Part shown: one piece after another, positions 23,888 to 34,041 of the stretch | How positions within the stretch are numbered: position 1 is the first letter of the stretch | Layout: every line of letters starts with the position of its first letter | Assembly: GCA_016281895.1 (NCBI GenBank) | Contig: JAEEJM010000021.1 | Coordinates: 1-35,160, forward strand | Length of the DNA: 35,160 nt | Origin: Clostridiales bacterium | GTDB lineage: Bacteria; Bacillota; Clostridia; Oscillospirales; CAG-272 | Direction: 5' to 3' | Notes under the pieces: generated by a model | What the model was told of the DNA's origin: nothing | The model's input: the letters and a program-made list of their open reading frames with translations, nothing else | The model's database searches: none | Program-made: the position numbers and the translations under genes

Positions 23888-23975
23888 CCGCGGCTGCGCG
23901 CGGCGATGAAGTTGCCGCTGCGCGGCAAATGAAGTCGCGCGCGGCGCGCGCAAATGAAGTGCCGCCTGCGGCGGG
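23888..23975 (+). repeat. AATGAAG-hairpin array (four hairpins, three heptamers) between divergent promoters
   Basis: (A)ATGAAG starts at 23906, 23928 and 23953 on the plus strand and alternates with GC hairpins. The last unit, AATGAAGTGCCGCCTGCGGCGG, is identical over 22 nt to a unit of the 14466-14591 array read on its minus strand. Confidence 0.85.
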
Positions 23976-23987
23976 CTCCGATTTTTA

Positions 23988-24016
23988 TTGACTTACCCGC
24001 AGAACGGTTATATAAT
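23988..24016 (+). promoter_or_regulatory. Promoter of the ATP synthase operon
   Basis: TTGACT (23988-23993), a 17-nt spacer, then TATAAT (24011-24016). Confidence 0.65.
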
Positions 24017-24069
24017 ATAATAAATATCGGCCGCCGTCGCGCGGCCGGCCCTTCGGGGCGGGGGATGCA

Positions 24070-24924
24070 ATGAAACGGGAAAGAAACAGAAAAAAGACGG
24101 TGTTCCTCATCGTCTGGCTGGCGATCATAGTCGCGCTGCTGGCGGCGGTCCTGATCATCGGACTTCCGGGGGAGCGCGCGGAGACGATAGCCGAGACGAT
24201 GAAGGACGGAGTGCTTCACGACCGCAACCGCGTAAGTCTGTTCGGTCTCCTGGACGTCAGTCCGGCCCTGATCTCAGCCTTCGCGGTAACGGGGATACTG
24301 CTCTTCTGCGCGCTGCTCATAAGGATCTTCGCCGTACCAAGGTTCCGGACCGTGCCCGGCAGGTTCCAGGCGGCCGTCGAAAAGCTCGTCGGCTTCTTCG
24401 GGGACCTGGCCGCGTCCAACAGCCCCCACAAGACGGGGTTCGTCGCCGCCTACATTTTCAGCGCCGGCGTCTACGTGTTCTTCAGCACGCTGTTCGAGCT
24501 CTTCGGCTTCCAGGCGGTGTCGACGGAAGGGACGTCGGTCACGCTGCCGGCGCCGCTGGCCGACATCAACGGCGCGCTGGCCATGGGCATCATGTCCTTC
24601 CTGGTGATACTCGTCGCCGGCTTTGCCGTAAACGGCGTCAAGGGCGGACTGCGGGTGCTGAAGGACTTCTCGCTGCCCGTCTCGATGAGCTTCAGGATCT
24701 TCGGAGCCCTGCTGAGCGGCCTCATGGTGACCGAGCTCGTCTACTACTACAACGCACTGAGCTTCCTGGTCCCCGTCGTGGTGGCCGTCCTGTTCACCCT
24801 GCTCCACGCGATAATACAGACCTACGTCCTCACAACGCTTGTATCCGTGTTCTACGGCGAGGCTGTCGAGCCCCCGGCGCCCTCTGAAAAAAAGAAAAAA
24901 CTGAAAGGTAACATAAAGTCATGA
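24070..24924 (+). CDS. atpB: F0F1 ATP synthase subunit a
   Basis: Polytopic membrane protein in first position of the operon. It carries an essential-Arg-type helix (SMSFRIFGALLSG) and a C-terminal HAIIQTYVLTTL helix. Confidence 0.88.
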   Translation: MKRERNRKKTVFLIVWLAIIVALLAAVLIIGLPGERAETIAETMKDGVLHDRNRVSLFGLLDVSPALISAFAVTGILLFCALLIRIFAVPRFRTVPGRFQAAVEKLVGFFGDLAASNSPHKTGFVAAYIFSAGVYVFFSTLFELFGFQAVSTEGTSVTLPAPLADINGALAMGIMSFLVILVAGFAVNGVKGGLRVLKDFSLPVSMSFRIFGALLSGLMVTELVYYYNALSFLVPVVVAVLFTLLHAIIQTYVLTTLVSVFYGEAVEPPAPSEKKKKLKGNIKS

Positions 24925-25352
24925 AAAGACAGGTCGTGAAAACGCTGTCAGCCGCGGTCGCCGCGCTGATCGTCATACTCTCCGCGCTCTGCTTCTCCGC
25001 AGCCGCCTCGTCCGACGCGAACGTACCTCCGGTGGAGGGCGAATTCGTCCCGGCCGGCTCCGGCGCCCCCGAGGGCGAACAGGCCGGCAGACCCGAGCCC
25101 GGACAGGAGGGCGGATCCGGAGAAGGAGCCACGGGCTCCAAGGCCATGGCCACCGCCATACTGCTCGGCGCCGCCTGCGCGGCCGGAGCCATCGGGATGG
25201 GCCTTGCCATAAGCAAGAGCACCGAGAGCATGGCCCGCCAGCCCGAGGCCGCCGGAAAGATCAACTCGGCCATGATGCTGGGCCTCGTGTTCATCGAGAC
25301 CGTCGTCATATACGCCCTCTTCGTGGCCATCCTCATCATATTCGTACTCTGA
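24921..25352 (+). CDS. atpE: F0F1 ATP synthase subunit c with an approximately 75-aa N-terminal extension
   Basis: The C-terminal 68 aa form a canonical c hairpin (GAIGMGLA...ARQPEA...FIETVVIYALF, with the carboxylate Glu). The ATG overlaps the atpB stop (ATGA). The N-terminus has a signal-peptide-like helix followed by a Gly/Pro/Glu linker. Confidence 0.85.
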   Translation: MKRQVVKTLSAAVAALIVILSALCFSAAASSDANVPPVEGEFVPAGSGAPEGEQAGRPEPGQEGGSGEGATGSKAMATAILLGAACAAGAIGMGLAISKSTESMARQPEAAGKINSAMMLGLVFIETVVIYALFVAILIIFVL

Positions 25353-25370
25353 TCCTTACGGAGCAAGACC

Positions 25371-25892
25371 ATGCCGCTGAACATCGATATCGTGCAGATA
25401 CTTCTGCACATGCTGAATTTCGCAATACTCGCGGGCGGTCTGACGCTGCTGCTCTTCTCTCCCGTCTCAAAATTCCTTGAGGAACGCCGGCGCCACTTCG
25501 AGGAGCTCGAGCGCGAAAACGCCGAAAAGGCCGCCGAGGCGGAACGGCTCCGCGAGGAGTACGAGCGCAAGCTCGCCGAGGCCGGCGACGAGATCGACAG
25601 GATGCGCGCCGAGGCCGAAAAGGAGGCCGCCGAGACCGCCAGACGCTACCTCGACTCCGCGAAAGAAAAGGCCGGAGAGCTCGTCTCGGGCGCCGAGGCC
25701 GAGGCCGAGGCGCGAAAGGCCCAGATCCTCGAATCGGCCCAGACCGAGATAAGCGAACTGGTCCTCACCGCCGCTCAGAAGCTGATCAGCTCCTCCGGCG
25801 ACGAGGAGCACACCAGGGCACTCTACGACGCCTTCCTGGAGGAGGCCGCGGGCGAGGAGCGCGCCTCCGCGGAGAGATCCGATGGGCGCTGA
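25371..25892 (+). CDS. atpF: F0F1 ATP synthase subunit b
   Basis: An N-terminal TM helix is followed by a long charged E/A/R/K coiled coil. It is 173 aa. Confidence 0.88.
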   Translation: MPLNIDIVQILLHMLNFAILAGGLTLLLFSPVSKFLEERRRHFEELERENAEKAAEAERLREEYERKLAEAGDEIDRMRAEAEKEAAETARRYLDSAKEKAGELVSGAEAEAEARKAQILESAQTEISELVLTAAQKLISSSGDEEHTRALYDAFLEEAAGEERASAERSDGR

Positions 25893-27663
25893 GGAATTCG
25901 ACCGCACCGAACCGGCCGGGGAGCCCCTGAGAGTCGAGATACGGTGCCTGGTCCCCCCGACCGATGAGCAGAAGGTCCGCATACGCGACTTCATGTGCCG
26001 CAGGTACGGCCGCTCCGACGTCAATCTGGCCGTCGTGCGCGATCCCTCCGTCGCCGAGGGCTTCAACATCTTCGTCGGCGACGACAACTACGACTGGACG
26101 GCCCTCGGCCGCGTCCGGCAGCTGAGAAGAAAGATCCAGCAGTCCTCCCTCAGGAAGGGCGGCCGGGACTTCATATCGCTGCTGCGCGAGGACATCGAGA
26201 GCTTCACCCTCGACGCGGGCTACCAGAAGGTCGGAAAGGTGCTGACCGTAAGCGACAGCATTGCCGTGACCGAGGGCCTCGCCGAGGCCGCGTACGGCAC
26301 CGTGGTCCTGTTCGAATGCGGGATCAAGGGTATGGTGCAGGACATCCGCGCGGACGGCACCACCGGCATAATCCTCTTCGGAGACCCGTCCGAGATCACG
26401 GCCGGCTCGAGGCTCGTCGACACCGGCCGCACCGCAGGCATCCCAATAAGCAACCGGGTCCTCGGGCGCATGATCGACCCTCTGGGCAGCCCGGTCGACG
26501 GAAAGGGGCCCGTCGAGGCCAAAAAATACTATCCCATTGAGCGGCCCGCGCCCGGCATTATGGAGAGGCGGCCCGTCAGCCGTCCGCTCGAGACCGGTAT
26601 CATGGCCATCGACTCTATGTTCCCCATCGGGCGCGGCCAGAGGGAGCTCATAATAGGCGACCGCCAGACCGGAAAGACCTCCGTCGCGGTCGACACGATA
26701 CTGAACCAGAAGGGAAAGAACGTCGTCTGCGTCTACGTGGCCATAAGCCAGAAGGCCAGCTCCGTCGCCTCGGTCATCCGCACGCTCGAGGCCGCAGGCG
26801 CCATGGAGTACACGGTCGTCGTCACGTCCCCGGCCAGCGACCCCGCCGCCATGCAGTACATCGCGCCGTACACGGGCTGCACCGTGGCCGAATACTTCAT
26901 GCGGCACGGCAGGGACACGCTCGTCATATACGACGACCTGTCGAAGCACGCCGTGGCCTACAGGACCATCAGCCTGCTGCTGGGCCGCGCGCCCGGCCGC
27001 GAGGCCTACCCCGGCGACGTCTTCTATCTCCACTCGAGGCTGCTGGAGCGCTCGGCCCAGCTCTCCGACGAGCTCGGCGGCGGAAGCATGACCGCCCTGC
27101 CGATAGTCGAGACACAGGCCGGAGACGTCTCCGCGTACATACCGACCAACATCATCTCCATAACGGACGGGCAGATCTTCCTTGACAGCGAGCAGTTCCA
27201 CTCGGGCCAGCGGCCGGCGGTGAACGTCGGTCTGTCGGTGTCCCGCGTCGGCGGCGCCGCACAGACGGACGTAATGAAAAAGTCGGTCGGCTCGCTGCGG
27301 CTCGACCTTGCCCAGTTCCGCGAGATGCAGGTGTTCTCGCAGTTCGGCAGCGAGCTCGACGAGCAGACCGAGAAACAGCTTCGCCACGGCAGCGCCCTCA
27401 TGCAGCTGCTGAGGCAGCCCAACCGCAGGCCGCTGGAACTCTGGGAGCAGGCGGTGGTCCTGCTGGCCGCCAGAGAGCGGCTGTTCAGCTCCATGCCCGA
27501 GGCACGGGTGCCGGAGGCCAAGCTCGACCTGCTCACCTGGTTCCGCCAGAACCGCAGTCTGCTCATCATCAGCATTCAGAACTGCAGGAAGTTCACTCCC
27601 GAGCTCGGCGCAGAAGTGACCGGGGCCGCTAAGGAGTTCTTCGCGTCGCACAGATATCAGTAA
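25882..27663 (+). CDS. atpA: F0F1 ATP synthase alpha subunit fused to a delta (OSCP) C-terminal-domain-like N-terminal segment
   Basis: Residues from about 93 onward are a standard alpha subunit (GDRQTGKTS Walker A, full length about 500 aa). Residues about 15-90 (VEIRCLVPPTDEQKVRIRDFMCRRYGRSDVNLAVVRDPSVAEGFNIFVGDDNYDWTALGRVRQLRRKI) align by eye with the C-terminal part of bacterial delta. The operon has no separate atpH. Confidence 0.85.
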   Translation: MGAEEFDRTEPAGEPLRVEIRCLVPPTDEQKVRIRDFMCRRYGRSDVNLAVVRDPSVAEGFNIFVGDDNYDWTALGRVRQLRRKIQQSSLRKGGRDFISLLREDIESFTLDAGYQKVGKVLTVSDSIAVTEGLAEAAYGTVVLFECGIKGMVQDIRADGTTGIILFGDPSEITAGSRLVDTGRTAGIPISNRVLGRMIDPLGSPVDGKGPVEAKKYYPIERPAPGIMERRPVSRPLETGIMAIDSMFPIGRGQRELIIGDRQTGKTSVAVDTILNQKGKNVVCVYVAISQKASSVASVIRTLEAAGAMEYTVVVTSPASDPAAMQYIAPYTGCTVAEYFMRHGRDTLVIYDDLSKHAVAYRTISLLLGRAPGREAYPGDVFYLHSRLLERSAQLSDELGGGSMTALPIVETQAGDVSAYIPTNIISITDGQIFLDSEQFHSGQRPAVNVGLSVSRVGGAAQTDVMKKSVGSLRLDLAQFREMQVFSQFGSELDEQTEKQLRHGSALMQLLRQPNRRPLELWEQAVVLLAARERLFSSMPEARVPEAKLDLLTWFRQNRSLLIISIQNCRKFTPELGAEVTGAAKEFFASHRYQ

Positions 27664-30422
<2,759 letters not shown>

Positions 30423-30478
30423 TAGCGGCGGGTGCACGGAACAGCCGGAGGGAGGCGGAGCATTCCCGCCGGGACGGA

Positions 30479-30527
30479 CACCGGGCCGGAAAGAGCGGCG
30501 CTCTTTCCGGCCCGGTGAGTTTTTTTA
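30479..30527 (+). terminator. Rho-independent terminator of the atp operon
   Basis: A 17-bp stem: caccgggccggaaagag (30479-30495), loop cggcg, then ctctttccggcccggtg (30501-30517). It is followed by agTTTTTTT. Confidence 0.85.
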
Positions 30528-30564
30528 TCCGCGTTTTTTCCCCGGAGAAGATCCGAAAATGGTC

Positions 30565-33402
30565 TCAGCCCTCCGGGACCACTACCCCGTCAGTGCAGAC
30601 GACGCTTTGCGTAAACGGGAAGAAATCGTTGACAGCGACAGAGACCCTGACCCATTCCTTCACCGTTCCGTCGTAATCAATAACAGAGAGAGACGGACAA
30701 CCGCCGAAAACGTTCAGGCCAATATGCGTCAGGGTCCCCGGCAGCGACACTTCCGACAGCGAATGGCAATCTCTGAAAGCAAACTCATCGATACTCTTCA
30801 GGCCTTCTCCGATCACGACCTTGCGCAAAGACGTACATCCCCAGAACGCACTTTGAGACAGATTGCTTATCCCTCCCGGGATCGTGACCGAATCGAGGGA
30901 TGTGCAGGATGAGAAGGCGGACGGCGAGATGGTCTTCACCCCGCTCGGGATCGTGATCTCCTTCATAGAAGAGCACTGGTCAAATGCATTTGCCCCGATA
31001 GAGATCAGCGACTCCGGCAGAACCACCCTCTCCAGAGAACTGCATCCCCAAAAAGCGCGTTCAGGAATCAAACGGATTCCGTCGGGAACCACGACTTCCT
31101 TCAGCGAGACACAATTGCGGAACATCTCTCTTCCAGAGTACTCGGTCGTTGTCAATCCCGCCGGAAGAATCATTCTTTCAAGAGACCCGCAGAAACTGAA
31201 GGCGGAATCACCGATACTGTTGACCCCATCCGGGAGAACGAGTTCGGTCAGTGAACCGCAGTAACAGAACGCATTCCTGCCGATGACTGTAAGAGTTCCC
31301 GGCAGGCTGACGGTCCTGAGCGAGACGCACGAGGAAAAAGCTCCGGTGATTTCCAAAAGCCCGTCGGGCAGCACCACGGTTTTCAGACTGCTGCAGTTGC
31401 TGAAAGTATCGGTGAGGACAAGGACCCCCTCGGGTACAGTCACGCTTTCAAGCGAAGAGCACCCGTAAAAAGTTTCTTTCAGATTTGTATATCCGGATCT
31501 GCCGATGGTCACATTCTTCAGCTTTTTACAATCCCGGAAAGCCCCTTCCCCGAGCTTTCCCCCGTCGGGGACCGTCACAGATGACAGCGATGTGCCGGAG
31601 AAGGCAAAACCGCCTATACTGACAACGCCCGACGGTATCGACGGATCGAACTCGTAACAGGCATAGAACGCCTTGTTCCCGACCGATGTCAGAGTAGCCG
31701 GAAGCTCCAGATCCTTCAGCGAGCCGCATGCGTAAAACAGGGAATCAGCCACTGCCGTGATACCTGCGGGCAGCACGGCCCGCTCAAGGGCTGTGCACGA
31801 TGCGAATGCTCCGGACGAGAGCGTTTTAACGCTGTCGGGAACGGTCACTTCCTTAAGAGAGGTGCACTTTCGGAACGCGTCGGCTCCGATGGCCGCGAGG
31901 CCGTCCGGAAGGCTGACCGAACTCAGCGACGTGCAGCCGCTGAACGCGGCCGCGCCGATCTCCCCGACTTCGCCTCCGAACACGACCTTGTACAGACCCG
32001 TCGCTCCCGAGCATATGTATGCCGGTACTTTTGACCCGGAGAACGTGATCTCCCTGATCGTCTTCAGGTTGAAAAACACCGATTTTGCGTCCTTCGGGCC
32101 GACATCGGACCGGTAAACGATCTTCTCGAGAGAGGAATCGCGGAACGTGTCGGCATCGATCCTGAAAACGCTCCCGGGTATGGTTATTTCCTTGAGAGAC
32201 TGACAGCCGCTGAAAACCAGAGCCTGGATAGCCAGGGACGATGAGACGTCCGATCTCAGCTCCACGCTCCGGAGAGACGGGCAGTCGGCAAATGCTCTTC
32301 TGCATATGAGCGTGACCGTCGACGGGACCACTATGCTCTCCACCGCCGGGTTTCCGGCCAGGGCTTCGGGATAGATCTGATTCACGGTGAAGCCGTTGAC
32401 CTCGGACGGTATGACCACCTTGGTGCCGGAAAACGTACCGTATCCGATAAGGCGGCAGGTCTTTTCCGACTTGCTGAAATAACCGAAGAGCAGCCCCGAT
32501 CCGTCGCTGGCCGTCTCATTGACCTCTTTGAGCGCTCCGCAGATCTTGCAGGCATAGACCGCGTTTCCCAGATCTTCCGATCCGTGAAGGTATTCATATG
32601 AATGCTCGGTCGACTTCGGTATCTGGACCTGGGCCTCGATCACCGCGCCGCACACCGAACAGTGGCTGCCCTTCGTCAGGCCGGGCTCGAGACAGGTCGC
32701 CGGCACGGCTTTATCGGTCACGACCGTGTGTCCCGCCGGGATCGCAACGGTCTCGGTCTTTCCGCACGCGCACGACCTGGTCTTTTCACCGGGCCGGGTG
32801 CACGTGGCCTTTTTTACGGTGACCCATTCGCCGAACGAGCAGACATGGACCGGCTGACCTTCGGTCACAGGCACGGGGCCCGTTGTGTCATCCGTCTCTG
32901 TCTGCACGAGACATGTCTCTGTCACGGGTTCCCTGCCTGTCTGCGGCGCTTCCCCGGTTTCGGACACCTCAGAGATCTGCGGTGCGCCTGACGTATCGCC
33001 GGCCGTCTCGGGCCCGGTCAGGATCACAGTACAGGGAAAACTCTCGCCGTCGTCGCCTGAGCCGATGTCAGAAACACCGCCGCTCTCCGGCTCGGTGTCC
33101 GGGGAAGGCGCGGCCGTCGCGGCCGGATCCGACGACGGATCGGAAGCCGCCGGGCGGTCTATTGCGCCAGTCCCGTTTTCCGGCACGAAGGACATGCGCG
33201 ACGACACGGCCATGCCGGCCGCGACCATGACAGCCAGGACCGCGGTCACCGCCACGACTGCCAGCACGGCCCTCAGCACGGGACGGCCGGCCCTGACGGG
33301 CGCGCAATGCGCCGACGACGAGGCATCTGTAAACTGTACGTCGATCTCCGACATGGCGTCGATGAATTCTTCAGCCTTGCTTCTCTTTCCTTCAGTCTTC
33401 AT
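30565..33402 (-). CDS. Membrane-anchored BspA-type leucine-rich-repeat protein (945 aa) with an anti-sigma-like N-terminus
   Basis: It has a short cytoplasmic N-terminus (EEFIDAMSEIDVQF), one TM helix, a low-complexity linker and Cys-rich modules (ATCTRPGEKTRSCACG; ATCLEPGLTKGSHCSVCG). Many approximately 23-aa repeats of the type F..C.SL..V.IP..V..IG..AF follow. The start overlaps the upstream gene by 11 nt. Confidence 0.8.
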   Translation of the reverse strand: MKTEGKRSKAEEFIDAMSEIDVQFTDASSSAHCAPVRAGRPVLRAVLAVVAVTAVLAVMVAAGMAVSSRMSFVPENGTGAIDRPAASDPSSDPAATAAPSPDTEPESGGVSDIGSGDDGESFPCTVILTGPETAGDTSGAPQISEVSETGEAPQTGREPVTETCLVQTETDDTTGPVPVTEGQPVHVCSFGEWVTVKKATCTRPGEKTRSCACGKTETVAIPAGHTVVTDKAVPATCLEPGLTKGSHCSVCGAVIEAQVQIPKSTEHSYEYLHGSEDLGNAVYACKICGALKEVNETASDGSGLLFGYFSKSEKTCRLIGYGTFSGTKVVIPSEVNGFTVNQIYPEALAGNPAVESIVVPSTVTLICRRAFADCPSLRSVELRSDVSSSLAIQALVFSGCQSLKEITIPGSVFRIDADTFRDSSLEKIVYRSDVGPKDAKSVFFNLKTIREITFSGSKVPAYICSGATGLYKVVFGGEVGEIGAAAFSGCTSLSSVSLPDGLAAIGADAFRKCTSLKEVTVPDSVKTLSSGAFASCTALERAVLPAGITAVADSLFYACGSLKDLELPATLTSVGNKAFYACYEFDPSIPSGVVSIGGFAFSGTSLSSVTVPDGGKLGEGAFRDCKKLKNVTIGRSGYTNLKETFYGCSSLESVTVPEGVLVLTDTFSNCSSLKTVVLPDGLLEITGAFSSCVSLRTVSLPGTLTVIGRNAFCYCGSLTELVLPDGVNSIGDSAFSFCGSLERMILPAGLTTTEYSGREMFRNCVSLKEVVVPDGIRLIPERAFWGCSSLERVVLPESLISIGANAFDQCSSMKEITIPSGVKTISPSAFSSCTSLDSVTIPGGISNLSQSAFWGCTSLRKVVIGEGLKSIDEFAFRDCHSLSEVSLPGTLTHIGLNVFGGCPSLSVIDYDGTVKEWVRVSVAVNDFFPFTQSVVCTDGVVVPEG

Positions 33403-33865
33403 TCTTTTTCTCCTTTTCCGGTCCCGCCTCTAGAAAAGCCCTGAGCTTTTTTCTTGACCTGGACAGGCAGGTCCTGACGGCCCCCTTGCCCATTCCGTAC
33501 CTTTCGGCGATCTCGGCCGGACGCTCCAGAAAGTGGTAGCGGCGGACGAACACGTCGCGCTCCCGCGCTCCGAGCGTCGCAAGAAAGGCCTCGGCGACGC
33601 GAACGGGATCGTCTCCTCCGCTGCCGAATCCCTCCGGTATGCACCGGGAGAGCTCCGCCGCCGCGGACGGGTCTGGCGGGGCTATGCTCTCGGCAGGCAC
33701 GCCGAACAGTTCGGCCATAGCCTCGACGCTGCGCCTGTCGGGCCTGCGCGTGCCGTTCTCCCATCTGGCGACCAGACTCCGCGACACGAAGAGGCGGCCG
33801 GCAAGCGTCTCCTGGGAAAGGCCGGCGTCCGCGCGCAGTCCGGCTATTCTTTTACCGGGATCCAC
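33392..33865 (-). CDS. XRE-family HTH fused to a sigma-70 region-4-like domain (157 aa)
   Basis: GTG start. The N-terminus IAGLRADAGLSQETLAGRLFVSRSLVARWENGTRRP looks like a Cro/C1 HTH. The C-terminus ARERDVFVRRYHFLERPAEIAERYGMGKGAVRTCLSRSRKKLRAFL looks like ECF region 4. No region 2 is visible. Confidence 0.75.
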   Translation of the reverse strand: MDPGKRIAGLRADAGLSQETLAGRLFVSRSLVARWENGTRRPDRRSVEAMAELFGVPAESIAPPDPSAAAELSRCIPEGFGSGGDDPVRVAEAFLATLGARERDVFVRRYHFLERPAEIAERYGMGKGAVRTCLSRSRKKLRAFLEAGPEKEKKNED

Positions 33866-33896
33866 TCAAGCTCACCCCTTTCCCTTTCCGGACCTC

Positions 33897-33925
33897 AGTA
33901 TAACAGACATTCTTTAAGATGTAAA
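33897..33925 (-). promoter_or_regulatory. Candidate promoter of the HTH/LRR gene pair
   Basis: Minus strand reads TTTACA (33920-33925), a 17-nt spacer, then TATACT (33897-33902) preceded by TGt. Confidence 0.45.
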
Positions 33926-33959
33926 GTGACAAACCGTTACGGCGGACCTTCTTCACCTG

Positions 33960-34035
33960 AAAAAAAACAGACCGCCACGTCGGTCTTCCGGATCGTTGAT
34001 ACAGACCGTTACGGCCGGCGCCACGCGCCGGCCGT
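33960..34035 (-). terminator. Two hairpins downstream of the acyl-CoA synthetase gene; the distal one has a U-tract
   Basis: The first hairpin pairs acggccggcg with cgccggccgt (34011-34035). The second pairs agaccg with cggtct (33969-33986) and is followed on the minus strand by TTTTTTTT (plus 33960-33967). Confidence 0.7.
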
Positions 34036-34041
34036 ATCCGT

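Noticed and set aside
23803-24219. The N-terminal 139 residues of ORF 22726-24219.
   Set aside because: This extension runs through the AATGAAG repeat array, the atp promoter and the start of atpB on the opposite strand. A strong AGGAGG RBS and a TM-anchor N-terminus support the internal start at 23802.
25146-25352. Calling the ATP synthase Na+-dependent from the c-subunit ion-site residues.
   Set aside because: Glu, Thr and Tyr align with the I. tartaricus E65, S66 and Y70 positions, but the Q32-equivalent is Met and the T67-equivalent is Val. The motif is incomplete and the alignment was made from memory.
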